DNA from: Chrysomallon squamiferum
Taxonomy: Eukaryota; Animalia; Mollusca
NCBI GenBank assembly: GCA_012295275.1
Contig: CM022670.1
Location: forward strand, 21,700,001-21,764,000
Direction: 5' to 3'
Length of the DNA: 64,000 nucleotides
A model generated the notes under the pieces. It made no database searches and was not told where the DNA came from. It saw only the letters and a program-made list of their open reading frames with translations. Positions 14,613 to 28,744 of the stretch are shown one piece after another. The stretch's first letter is position 1. Every line of letters begins with the position of its first letter. The position numbers were made by a program, and so were the translations under genes.

Positions 14613-16529
14613 CATACACATTAAATATAATGAATATATTGGTATTTATATATATTAAAACAAATAAAGAATATATACACTACTGAATATTAACCTTTGT
14701 ATTGTTATTTCGAGTAAAGACATCACATGCAAGCATAACCCTTATCTTTAGAAACTTTTTAAATTAACCCAGATTTCCTTTTTATGGATTTGCAGTAAGA
14801 ACATAGACTAAAGTGACAGCGTGCCTCGATACACCCATTGTGGTATCTCGTGCACCATTTGCACGTGCTTATCATGAGTGTAATTCAATGCATGCCAATT
14901 TTAGCAAAAGAAAAAAAAAAAAAAAAAAGATTTTCCTTCCATCAACACCTTAAATGTTAACACTCAAAGATTTGTTATCAGTAGTCTCTGGAAGAGGTTG
15001 AAGACGACTAATTCTATTGAGAGTCACTGCCGTTCTGGAAGATCACGATTAACAGCAGAACTAGAAAACATTTCCTGAAGGTAACGGCGTTTCAGCAGCG
15101 TTTTGTGACCAGTCAATTAGGAATCGTCTGTGAGAGCAAGGTTTGCGATGTCGGCGTCCTGTAGACCGACCACAACTACTTGCCTGTCACGTGAGGGCGG
15201 CGAGTTCGACCACGTCACGTCTCTGCAGTCATCCTCCAGCAACTGCTCAGACATTAGTTGCAGAACGGTTAGCGATTACTCAACGTAATTTCCTACAACT
15301 GGTAACAGCATTCACCAACGTTGTCAAGAATGTGTGAATGCTAATGGTGGTTACACCAGTTATTGACACTTCTATTACTTGTGTTAACATCATTTGTGGA
15401 GGTACATGACTTTCTCGATTTGGCTAGTAAACTAGTTTCCAACAGTTTTGTCATTAGTCGTCACAGTTTTAGCATATTAGCGTATTTTTATTTACGCAAA
15501 TATTTTGACCCTTAACTTGTTTTGAATAGTATAAATTAGAAAGGTAAATAAAATAAGCCTTATTAAGAAAATAAATTGTCATAAATTGCAATAAACAGCG
15601 AAATGAATCCTTGTTTGATCAAAAATACTGATTGCAATTTTTGAGCTTGATTAAATAGTAAATGAATTAGTGAGTATAGTTATATTAAAATATGAATGAA
15701 TGAATGAATGAATGATAATGTAATAGATTATTTTGTACTTATTCATTTTAACAGTCAAGTCGTGATAGATTCTTAAATCAGTTATTCAAAAGCAAATGTT
15801 TCTAAAGGAAAAACATTATTGAAGTTATCATTTACAGTATAGTATAGTTGATTTCAGAAAAGCTCATTTGTTTCTTATTTTTAACTTTCCTTATTTATTT
15901 TCTTACTGTATGGTAAGTTCAAGTTAGAAAGCTATATAAAAATACATGTACGTCTCTTCATAGGGTTACAGTATAATCAGGATATTTTTATGATTATTTT
16001 TGAGTAATAATGTTACTGTCAATGCAAAATAAAAACAGTAGATAATTAAAGAATTGTTTTAATGATGATACGTGTTTAAGTCAGATTTAACACGAAGGAC
16101 AGTTCTCTTTAACTCACCATAGACTTCAACTTCTACAAAATGCAAGGTTGTACCACTACCACGGCCATTATCTGTTCCTTGATAGACTGTCACGTATCTG
16201 GCATCTTCCTTACACGTGAAACTCACGACACGATTTCTGTTTCATATAATCAGTAACAGTACCACACAGATGTCCTGTGTTAGATGAATTCACTGCTGTG
16301 TTTGTGTATATCTGTACTCCTCGTCCTCGCCACTTAACTAAACAAAAACGTAACAGTAGAAAGAAATAATTGTCTACAAAATACTTATTTTCAAATTAGC
16401 TAAATATTTCAGTTTAATATTTATATAAAATCTTCTAGGTATTTAATATTATATATTCATTGCGGAGTGTATGTATGTGTATTGTATGTATGTATATTTG
16501 TATGTATATATTTTGTGTGTGTTATTGTT

Positions 16530-16571
<42 letters not shown>

Positions 16572-18321
16572 TGTGTGTTCATTTACAAATATATTTATAA
16601 AACGAGCATATTAATATAAAAATTTTCAATAACTATTTAAAAAATAATACATAAAATAAATAAATAAAAACAAATTAAATAAAAGATAAATAAACATGTT
16701 TACTTATATATATCTGTTTTTGTGCTGTATAATTAGGTGATTTTATGTTATTAAAAAAAAGAAAAAAGAAAAAGTTACAGAGGAATAAAGGCAAAGAAAC
16801 ATATTTACTTACAGTCCTCTCTGAAATATATTTTCACTTCTTGAACAAAGTACAGTTTTCCTAGATCCACTTCCCACCACGTGTAAGGTTGGTCTAGCGC
16901 TGTGTGTATAAAGTTGTATCCATTCTGTTTAGTTTCTCCGTCCACAGCTAGTGATGCATTGCGTTGTGACATGTACTCGTCTGAGTAGTAAGAACTCTGG
17001 TAGGCTCTCTTATGTAGAGCTATATTTTCTGTAAATAAAATAAATGAATGAATAAATAAACAAAATAATTAGTAAGTTAAGAAAATAATTTACAGTCGGA
17101 AATTTATGTTAGCTATGAAAATAACAACGTAAAAAAACAATATATAAACTTACTCTTGGAAACGTACAAAGCTGTCTTTTATGATATTTTTATTGTTATT
17201 ATCGTTGTTGTTATTGTTTTAGATGTTTTTCTTGTTTTTTTTAAATTTTATTTTCATTTATTTTTATTTTATATCTGTCATTAGAAATAATCTGGCTTGA
17301 TTTGCCTATCATCATTTTTAGATATTTCATTAACACGTTTTTCTGTATTATAATATTTTAGGATTTTAAAATTTCACCCGCAAGTAACGATGATTACTGC
17401 TCAAAAATAAATTATTACATCTCGTAAGACTACTCAGAAATGAAAATTCAAAACATAAAAAGAAGGAAAAAGACACAAAGAAATCAGAATATAAAAATAA
17501 TGCTACCTCATACGCAGTGATTAAATAAATGAATAAATATTATATTCATTTATTTGATTATATAGATACCATCAGAACTATTCAATAACGATTTTATTAA
17601 TATTAATGGTGACTACGACAGCACGAAGATAAAAAACATGAAAAAAAAAGAAATCATAATACCGATGACAGTAGAGAAGTTCATAATATATATATTCTGA
17701 GAGTCTTCAGAATAATCTCTCCATCGACTGAAAACTTGATTTTTGGGGCAAACCAATACAACCAATTATAAAATATTAAGACAGACAGTATTTGACATTT
17801 TAAAACCTAGTGACTATCACTGTCATCTGTACGAAACGAACATTTCAGCACGGTGTAAGACCAACAAATTGAAAGTCTGAATGGATTGGCGATACAGACA
17901 ATGACGAATGACCGAACTTTGGTGAGCAGACGCTCTTAAAATGACAAAATAAATTAAATATATTGCTACTACAACGAAAGCATACTTTTGCAAATGATGT
18001 TATATACGGACGCCATGACAGGGAAGTTTGCTGTAGAGAGAAACATGGAAGAAAACACACAAAAACAACAAACACACCCAGCCATCAGTGACAGTTTCTC
18101 AGCTCACACTCAAGAGAGAGGTTTACTTGTAACATTATTTGAAAACATATTCCAATTTCATGTCATTTTAATCTTTTTAACCGGCACTCTGTCTAAAACG
18201 GTATATCTCGTTGGTCCCAAGTGAGTCCGGATTTGATTGAAATCACTTAAATTTTTGTTGTGAATGTACTTTCATTCTTTCTTTATTTGTTTATATAAAC
18301 AAATATCTCTGTCTCTTTCTG

Positions 18322-18356
<35 letters not shown>

Positions 18357-19054
18357 GTATATATATATAAATAAATAAAGACTAAAAGTGCATTCACAAT
18401 ACAAATTTAAGTGCTTGCTTAATTGTTTAATTAAAAAACAATCTTTAAGGTGAACGGCCTATAATTTAGAGATCTCATGTAAAAGAAGTTTTCCGAATTC
18501 ATCCACACACCAGATGCAAATTTAACAGGTTCCAGGTGAATTATGTCAAGAGTATATATATAGAAAATAGTTTACACCGATAAGTAAAACAGTCGGAGGA
18601 TTCATCTCACTTGTTACACAGTTAATAACCGTTGATATTAGCCTGTGCTGAAACAACGTTAAAATGCTAACACAAATTGCCATACATTTAATTTAAATTT
18701 GTAGTTATATGGCGTTATATTTTATGAAATCTCCGTTAGTCGTTTCAATGCGCAAGGAAATTTAATATGCGTGCAGACATACATACATAAATCCAAACAA
18801 CACATACATATATACTTTTCATGAAATAAGCAAACAGACACACACACAGATAGAGAATTACATACATACATACACATTACATACATACAGATATATACAC
18901 AAAGACGCATTTATATATGAGAAGAATAAGTGGAGAAATGTTTTTCTTGTCTATAAGATTTGAAAAGCGACTTACCAAACTTTGCAAAAATCTCGACACG
19001 TGTCAAAAAAATAAAATACACAAGAAAAACAAAAAACATCCACACTGTAGCCAT
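8307..19054 (-). pseudogene. Gene B: F-type lectin-EGF-TM receptor, multiply disabled
   Basis: Exons: 18976-19054 (signal), 16813-17028 (FTP-N), 16118-16337 (FTP-C, 220 nt vs 228, frameshift, TAA 16210-16212), EGF 14245-14397, 13961-14113, 12496-12630, 11850-11984, 9768-9902, 9410-9544 (TAA 9522-9524), TM 8801-8900, tail 8307-8562 (1-nt deletion loses YDAL/YEQM). Broken EGF exons at ~13120-13430, 10939-11039 (no acceptor) and ~10541-10654 (donor deleted). Confidence 0.85.
14678..15531 (+). mobile_element. Internally deleted Tc1/mariner element in intron 3 of gene B
   Basis: Frames give SLWKRLKTTNSIESHCRSGRSRLT (Tc1 HTH region) and QRCQECVNANGGYTSY (Tc1 C-terminus). Flanked by TA with degenerate ends. 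Confidence 0.75.
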
Positions 19055-19159
19055 GTTGTAAACACTTAGTCACTGTTAGCTAAGGAGTGTTTGCAAACCG
19101 GAATTTGTTTTAAAAGTTTAAGTGCGTGACTGTAAATGTCGTTCAAACAGACGTGCTAT

Positions 19160-19171
19160 AATCACGTGATT
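19160..19171. promoter_or_regulatory. Palindromic E-box AATCACGTGATT ~110 bp upstream of gene B's ATG (also C 31815-31826; A 1715-1726 AATCATGTGATT)
   Basis: Conserved position and sequence in all three minus-strand promoters. Confidence 0.4.
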
Positions 19172-21177
19172 AACTAAATGCACAATGGGTTGATTGTTTT
19201 ATGTACAAATAATCGCCATGCGCAGTGGCCATTTTGCACTAATTGCCAGTTCCACTTGACCCAATATCTCTTTTAGGCTTGTTTGGAACGTATGCTCGGT
19301 GATGTTATTTCTTGGGGATTCCAGCAAAGAAAGACAGCAGGAAAATCTATTAACATTCTCGAAATTTTCTACAAATTTTCAACACGCTTGAATCACTGAC
19401 ATGAATAAAATATAGTTGGACGTATTAAATTGTTTTTCTCATTTGAAATTCTGTCAAAACATGATTAGTAAAACGAGATCTTGTAAGTAGAATTGTCAAG
19501 TATAAATACGTCTTTCAGTAACTTGTTTACAGTGTTTTACAATTAGTGTCGTTGCCGTGAATTGCTGATGTGAAATACTTTATGATAAATTTTGAGTTGT
19601 CCTTCGTAACTCGTATCAAGTGTTTTAACATTAATTTCATAATACTTCAATAACAATGACATTGCCAGGTTTTCCTTCGTATAAAGATTAAGTTGTAGAT
19701 AAAAAACGAATAAATAGAAAACAGTTTTCACCTACAATTTAGACTGTCCCTTCATCCTGGCGTTATATATAATTATATAAATAAAAATTAAAACCAAACA
19801 AATAAACAAACAAAGAATATGTAATAAATAAAAAAGCTGAAGTATAGGAATGATAATTTTTATTTGGACTGCAGAAATAGGTATTTTACAAAGATAATAC
19901 ATAAATATATGGTATTCAAAATATAATAAAAGCTTTTCTGTTTGGTTATATACTCTGTACAGACATAATTAAATCATCTAAGCTGTGACAACAGCAGCTT
20001 GCTTAAAAATGTTTCATTATCTACACTCGTTTTTTTTTTCCTTTTGCTCAGATTAGCTTAAACTTAATTTCTACAGTCGAATACTAATTAATTAAAACTT
20101 AAATAGCCACAGTTTAGCGAAACCAAAGTAAAATATAGCTGTGTAAATATGACACAGAAACTAAAATATGTGTGTAAAAAATACGAACAAAAAAAATTAG
20201 TTATATGTATCAGATGTGTGTTAGATACAAAATTCAGATGTGTAAAAACTCAGTCAAACAGTTTGTATGAAGGAAACCAACATAGGTAACAGTGACACGC
20301 TGATCTACATATGTACATAAACGATCTGTTTTCATGAATCTAAAATCTATAAATAAGAAAAAATAATGAGATAAAAGTAACAGTAAAGAAACTGTTATTA
20401 GGTGTTTTAAAAGTTATTTGAGTAAATATACATTTAGTTACTTTGAACTGTCTAACATATTTTTCAAATTAGCTATTAACTATTGTGAAATAAATGTGTT
20501 TAGTTACATTCAGTAAATTTAATTTGCTGAGAAAGCATACAAAAAATCGAACAGAAGCAAAAACAAACCCCACTCATAATAATAATAACAATATAAAAAA
20601 ATTTAATAATAATAAATAAAATAATAATAATAAAAAAGTAATAATAATAAAAGAGAAAATAATACAAATAAGAAATATTAGTTATATGTAACAGATGTGT
20701 GTTAGACACAAAATTCACTGGTGTAAAAACTCAGTCAAACATTCTGTATGAAGGAAACCAACATAGGTAACAGTGACACGCTGATCTACATATGTACATA
20801 AACGATCTGTTTTCATGAATCTAAATTCTATAAATAAGAAAAACTAATGAGATAAAAGTAACAATAAAGAAACTGTTATCAACTGTTATCAGCTGTTTTA
20901 CAACTTATTTTAGTAAATATACATTTAGTTACCTTTAACTGTCTAACATATTTTTCAAATTAGCTATTAACTATTGTGAAACAAATGTGTTTAGTAACAT
21001 TCAGTAAATTTAATTTGTTGAGAAATCATACAAAAAAGCCAACAGAAGATAAAACAAACCCCACTCATAATAATAATATAACAAAATTTAATAATAATAA
21101 ATAAAATAATAATAATAAAAGAATAATAATAGTAAAAGAGAAAATAATACAAGTAAGAAAGGTGGAAGTTCTTATAT

Positions 21178-24100
21178 CTAATTCATTTGCTCGTATGGAG
21201 ATCCTTGATCAACAGTTTCATTTTGCAAAGCATCGTAATCATTTGTCTGTTGTTGGTCATCTTCTGTGTTGTGTTGTGTGTTTTGTCCTGACAATTTCTC
21301 CTGTGACGCACGGGCAGCATCGACATCGTCATCAACAGCCTCGTATACTGGAGCACTTGTTGCTGTTGTGGATTGGATATTTTGATTTTTTAAAAAAGAC
21401 ACAGATGGTTCCTTCGATTTGGCGATTGTTCTTATCACCCTGAAATTATTTATTTGTTTAAATCAACAAGATTTAATTCATCGTGTTTTAAGTCAGTTTA
21501 TGATTTGCTTTCCTAACACATATTATCAAATGTCTGGTCAAATATTTCTTGCAAAAGAGATATTTATGTCTGAATGTAATATGTGTGCATTACACTAAAT
21601 TATGCTCACTAAAATCTAGATTCTAGATGATGAAAAAAGTTAAACATATTACATTATTTGCTTACCTAATAACTAGAATTAGTGCAGCTGAACTTAGAAT
21701 CAAGCCTAAAACAGTGAGAGACGAAAAAATCATACTAACAGTGTCTGTGGTCATCTGTTGTGACACTGGAAAAAAAAAAAATAACATTTAATATAGTTGC
21801 CTAATTACCTTGTAAAACAAACCCCTACTAAAAACCCACAATGAATAACAGCATTAAATTAACACATACCTACGCATATATTAATTCATTCCCAAATACA
21901 TATATACGTATATACATTTATTTTAATTTTATTTGCAGCGTGAACATTTTTTTTATCAAGAAAATCTGCTTCAACGGAAAACTGCTCATTGCGCAGTTAA
22001 ATAAGTATGAATCACGTCAGATGTTACGCATATTTAGTGTCTAACCGACTGAGCCAAATATAAGTTCAAACAACTTTCTGAGTGAGAGAATGTAAACTCT
22101 AATAACAGACCTAAATTAAAGAAATTTATTCACGTTGTTTACACAAAAGTCCTTGATAGCCATTTTTACAACCCCGTGTACAATTTCCAGAAATAAAATC
22201 ACATGTTTCAATTTTACACTGACCACACGTAGAATTACAGTCAATTTAGTATTTTCCAGATCTGCATTCTGAAAATAGTAACATTTATTTACTAATATTT
22301 CCCCTCCCCTTCATTTCTATGAACTATTGGTCATGCTCGAATGGAAATCTTATTTTATTTTCATTTTTGTTATTATTCTATGTTTTATTGTTTTTGTCAT
22401 TTATTTGAACGTTGTTTGCAGATTTCTCCATACTCAGTATAAAAATTAAATATTATAAAGTTACTTACTGATATTGCATCGATTTCCTGTGTATCGTGCT
22501 GTACAACCTCCTACACAGTTTCCAGATAATCTATCACAAGGTTTGTTTCTGCAGTTCCCACATGTAAATTTACAGTTTTTACCATACCTTCCTGGTCTGC
22601 ATTCTACAATTAATAAAAATTAACGGAGTAAAAGATAATATAATTAACAGTAGCTTAATGATACACCATTACATTTTAACTCGAACTGGTTAAAGGTTTC
22701 AGTAATACAGTAGACTAATGGTATCTCGAGGCAGTCGCCATTCCTTTGACTCTTAGTAATACTGCTATGCATGAATTAAGAGAAGCTACTGCATAATGAC
22801 AAAGCGCATTATGGCCTCAATGCCAAAAGTATATCCACTGATTATAACAGCTTGGATCTGAGATGCGACAATCTCTTGGAAAAAGCTAATTTTTGAAATA
22901 TATAGAAACTAGAACTGAAATTGTATACATTAAAGTCAAAAACAGACTGACAAACTCATATTTTTGAATATCTATTCTGAGAGAATACTTGCTAATGTGC
23001 AAACACTAATGCATATGTTATTATGCATTATACGTCTGAATAAATGTATACATGTATGAATCGTGTACCTAAATATATATATATGTGTCTGACTGTTTTA
23101 TATCCATATCAGTTGGTAACATTTACGTAAGTAATGTAAGTCTAAATATTGTTTTTAGTCGTGTGGTATAAACATTTTATATCAATACAGATGAACTAAT
23201 TAAAAACTGTTATTTACTTTCCATACACAGGTCTCCAACAAAACCATCGATGCAACCACTAATGCACGTCCCAGAAATATGGTCGCATGTTTTGTTTTCA
23301 CAGTTGTCACAGGATAAATTACAGTTCAAACCATATGTTCCAGAACCACATTCTAAGAAATATATAAACAGACATTATCATTATGAAATATTTCATTCAT
23401 AAATTACTAATGAAAATGAACTGTTCAGTTCAGTTATATATAAAGTCTAATATAATCAACAACAGCAAAAATATACAGGCATATAGCCTGAAAAGGGAAG
23501 TAAAAGGTGAATACAGTGATTCTTGAATATTTCAAAGGGAACATTTGTTTAACAAAGTGAAAAAAGAAAGAGAAACAAAAAAAAAACAAAAACAAAAAAA
23601 AAAACACGAAAAAACGAAAATAAATTGACGTAAAAAACAGCAAATGATAACAACAATTCCAACAAACACCAAAATAATAACTATATCAAGAAACAAGGAC
23701 AGAAAAATCAACGATTAATTTAAGAAAGAAGTATAAATAAATAAAGTTAATGAAATAAACACACACTTTCTTTGCATTAAAAACCTTCGAGATCCTGCTT
23801 TACATTGCATTTATCATAAATAAAAGAACGTATGTTGTTTTTACATTTACCACAAGTAAAATTACAGTTAGATCCAAATTTTTCAGAGTCGCATTCTGAA
23901 AACAATGGAAAAGATATGTTTCTTATGTAATTTGAACGTCTATCACATTTTGCGCTTTAGGTTTGGCCAATGTTTTTACCATCAAAAACAAAATATGGTC
24001 ATTTAAAAAATAAGTAATATGATAGAAACCAAGAATATAAAATAAATAAATAAATAAAATAATAAGATTAAAATGAAAACAAAAACTGAAATCTAAAAAT

Positions 24101-25252
24101 GTACAACCTTCCTTGCATAAAAGTCCTTGGAAGCCGTCTTTACAACCTCCTGTACAATTTCCAGAAATAAAATGACATGTTTCTGTTTTACACTGACCAC
24201 ACGTAGAATTACAGTCTGATCCGTATTTTCCAGATCTGCATTCTGTAAACATGTAAACTGATGTTATATATCAGTTTCGGTGTGTTTATAATAGTAGTAG
24301 TGATAATATTGCATTGTTACACACACACGCACACACACACACATGCACACACACACAGATCTGGGCATACATTCAAACGTGAATACATCTATATATATAT
24401 ATATATTTTTTTTACAGATATATTCACATTCATCCATCTTTACAACCTCCTGTACAATTTCCAGAAATAAAATCACATGTTTCTGTTTTACACTGACCAC
24501 ACGTAGAATTACAGTCAAATCCGTATTTTCCAGATCTGCATTCTGAAAACATACAAAGTGCTAACTTACACATCAGTTTCAGTGTGTTTATAATAGCAGT
24601 AGTGATAACATTGTTACACACACACACGCACACAGACACGCGCACACACACGCATACATTCAAACGTGAATACATCTATCTATATATATATATATATTTT
24701 TTTTTTTACACCTGTATTCACATTCATACATGGTTCTTAATGGGCTTTGGGGTGTTTTTTTTTAAAGTAGCAGAAACTAACATCGAAATAAGCAAATAAA
24801 AAGTTTATGTATAGATATCCAGATAGCTAGCTAGCTAGATAGATAGATATATGAGATAGATAAAAATAGAAAGACAGACCGATAGATAGATAAAGAGATA
24901 AAAATAGATATATAGATAGTTTGACAGACATATAGAGATAAACAAAACAAAAAGGCAACACAAATAAGAGTTTCCCGTCTCCAGTGAAATGATTAATAAC
25001 AATAACCGTAAATTCCAATAAATATTTCTGTGTTACACGAATACGCATACTATATATTCCTTCTCTATAAAGTAGAATCTACAGAAATTTAAAGTTAAAA
25101 TATGAGGTTACTTACTCTTTTTGCACTGATTTCCAGTATATCCTGCTGTACAACCTTCAGTACAGTTTCCAGAGAATCTATCACAAGTTTTGTTTATACA
25201 GTTCCCACATCTAGATTTACAGTTTTTACCATACGTTCCTGGACGGCATTCT

Positions 25253-25289
<37 letters not shown>

Positions 25290-28200
25290 ACACACATACA
25301 TACATACATTGATATATCTATATATCTATCTCTCTATATGCACACACACACATATATATATGTATATATGTGCGTCTCTTTGTATATATCTGAAAATATA
25401 TGTCTGTCTGTGTGTGCATATAGAGAGATAGATATATAGATATGTCAGTGTATGTATGTATGTGTGTATGTATACATATATGTATACAAATATATATATA
25501 TGTGTGTATATATATTTATATACAGACACATACAAATATTAACAGATACACATACATACATAAAAATATGTTACATTTTATGTTTAATTTAAGTGAAAAT
25601 GAAAGAACAAGTTGTTCCCACACTGAAAATCAGTTTTCTTAATTCGTTCAAACAGTTTGGACGTATACGGAATATTTAATTGTATCTTCGAAACAAGAAA
25701 GAATATAAAGATGTTTCAATTATCTTTGATTATAAGAGACATAGCATCATAATAAAATGGCTTTAAAAACATATTTCTAAATACAACTGATGACTTTATC
25801 AATTGACTGATTTATTATTAATACTGTTATTTAATTGTAAGATGACGATTTAATAAGAAGTCAGTAAAATGTATAGTTTCTTTAAATATTTAATAATTCT
25901 TAGAAATAGTTCCAACAATGTTAATTTACCTTGTGTGCAGTCTGTTCCAGTCCATCCTGCCGTACATCCTGCAGTGTCACACTTTCCTGTGTGTACGTCA
26001 CAAGATGAGTTTGTGTTAACACAATGACGTTTTTTACACAACTTGTCACAGTTAGAACCATACTTGACTTTCAGCTCACAAGCTAATAAAATATAATATA
26101 ATAAAGTAATAAAAACATAATAAATGGGTGATATAACATTACATAATATTATATTTATATGTTTAACTCAGGGAATATTTAGACATAAAAATATTCTGAA
26201 ATTACACTAGGTTTTAAACGAGTTTTTTTTTTATATATATATTCATTTTATATGTATTAAAACAAATAAAGAATATATACACTACTGAACATTTTTCAAA
26301 GTATTTTTGTTTTAGGCCACATGTGGTTAGAATATTAAGCTTTGCGTTGTCATTTCGAGTAAAGATATTACATGCAAGCATAACCCTTATCTTTGGAAAC
26401 TTTTAAAATTAACCCAGATTTACTTTTTATGGATTTGCAGTAAGAACATACACTAAACTGACAGCGTGCCTCGATACACCCAATGTGGTATCTCGTGCAC
26501 CATTTGCACGTGCTTATCATGAGTGTCATTCAATGCATGCCAATTTTAGCAACAACAACAAAAAAGATTTTCCTTTCATCAACACCTTAAATGTGAACAC
26601 ACAAAGATCTGTTATCGATAGTCTCTGGAAGAGGTTCAAGACGACTAATTCTACTGAGAGTCACTCGCGTTCTGGAAGATCACGATTAACAACAGCACGA
26701 GTAGACGATTTCCTGAAGGTAACGGCGTTGCGACAGCGTTTTGTGACCAGTCAATTAGGAATCGTCTGCGAGAGCAAGGTTTGCGATGTCGGCGTCCTGT
26801 AGACCGACCACAACTACTTGCCTGTCACGTGAGGGCGGCGAGTTCGATCACGTCACGTCTCTGCAGTCATCCTCCAGCAACTGCTCAGACGTTAGTTGCA
26901 GAACGGTAAGCGATTACTCAACGTTATTTCCTACGACTGGTAACAGCATTCAACAACGTTGTCAAGAATGTGTGAATGCTAATGGTGGTTACAGCAGTTA
27001 CTGACACTTCTATTACTTGTCCTAACATCGTTTGTGGAGGTAGATGCCTTTCTCGATTTGGCTAGTAAACTAGTTTCTAATAATTGTGTGATTAGTCGTC
27101 ACACTTTTAGCATATTAGCTTATTTATATTTACGCAAATATTTTGACCCTTAACTTGCATTGAATAGTATCAATTAGAAACGTAAATAAATTAAGCCTTA
27201 GTAAGAAAATAAATTGTCAGCGAAATGCATCCTTGTTTGATCAAAAATCTGAAAACAGTTTTTGAGCTTGATTAAATAGTAAATGAATTAGTGAATATAG
27301 TTATATTAAAATATTTTACCAGACTATTTATAAGATTTCCAAATAAATAAATAAATAAATAAATAGAATAGAATAGAATAGAATACTTAAAAATATCGAA
27401 TACAGTTTCTATGTTTAGTGTTCACTGTATTTGATAAGGCTTGGTGCGAGCCAACACCGGACCGAGACTTGATTGATGAAAAGTCTAGAACCTGTATAAT
27501 CCTCAATTACACATTAATATTGTTAACTGCTACATTATGAATATTTGGTATGTATATGTATATGTATGTATGTATGTATGGATTTAAGTATGTATATACG
27601 TAAGGAAGCACGCACGCAAACACACACACATATATATATTTATTTATATATGCACATGTACGTATATATAAGTGTTTGTTATTGTGTGTGTTTGTGTGTA
27701 TGTAACACAGATTAATGAAATACATGTATGAATTAAAGAATGAATGAATGATAATGTAATTCATTTTAACAGTGATAGCTTCTTAAACCAGTTGTTCAAA
27801 AGCAAATGTTTCTAAAGGAAAAAATTATTATAATGATCATTTTAAGTAGAGTATATTTGATTTTAGAAAAGCTCATTTGTTTCTTATTTTTAACTTTCCT
27901 TATTTTTTTGTTTATTGGATGTTAGAAAGCTATATAAAAATACATAAAACGTCTCTTCATAGGGTTACAGTATAATGATGATATTTTTATGACTATTTTT
28001 CAGAAATAATGTCATTGTCAATGCAAAATATAAACAATAAATAATTCAAATATACAGAATTGTTTTGATGATGATACGTGATTAAGACAGATATAACACG
28101 AAGGACAGTTCTCTTTAACTCACAATAGACTTCAACTTCTACAATGTTCAATGTTGTACCAGTGTAATAGCCATTATATATTCCTTGATACACAGTCACG

Positions 28201-28685
28201 TATCTGGCATCTTCATTACACGTGAGACTCACGACATCAGGAATATCAGATCCATATCGTCTACCAGTAACAGTACCACACAGATGTCCTGTGTTAGATG
28301 AATTCACTGCTGTGTTTGTGTAGATCTGTACTCCTCGTCTTCGCCTCTCATCTAAACAAAAACGTAACAGTAAAAAGAAATAATTGTCTACAAAATACTT
28401 TTTTCAAATTAGCTAAATATTTCAGTTTAATATTTATATAAAATCTTCTAGGTATTTAATATTATATATTCATTGCGGAGTGTATGCATGTGTATTGTAT
28501 GTATGTATATTTGTATGTATATATTTTGTGTGTGTTATTGTTTATATATATGTGTGTGTGTGTGTGGGGGTGTCATTTGTGTGTTCATGTACAAATATAT
28601 TTATAAAACGTGCATATTTATATAAAGATTTTCAATAACTAAAATTTAAATATTTAAAAAATAAAACATAAAATAAACAAACAAA

Positions 28686-28744
<59 letters not shown>

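Larger units (their letters stand above)
6620..19480. repeat. Segmental duplication unit carrying gene B; the second unit starts at 19481 and carries gene C
   Basis: TTGTAAGTAGAATTGTCAAGTATAAATACG occurs at 6620 and 19481, followed by colinear high identity through 3' flank, introns and promoter. Confidence 0.85.
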
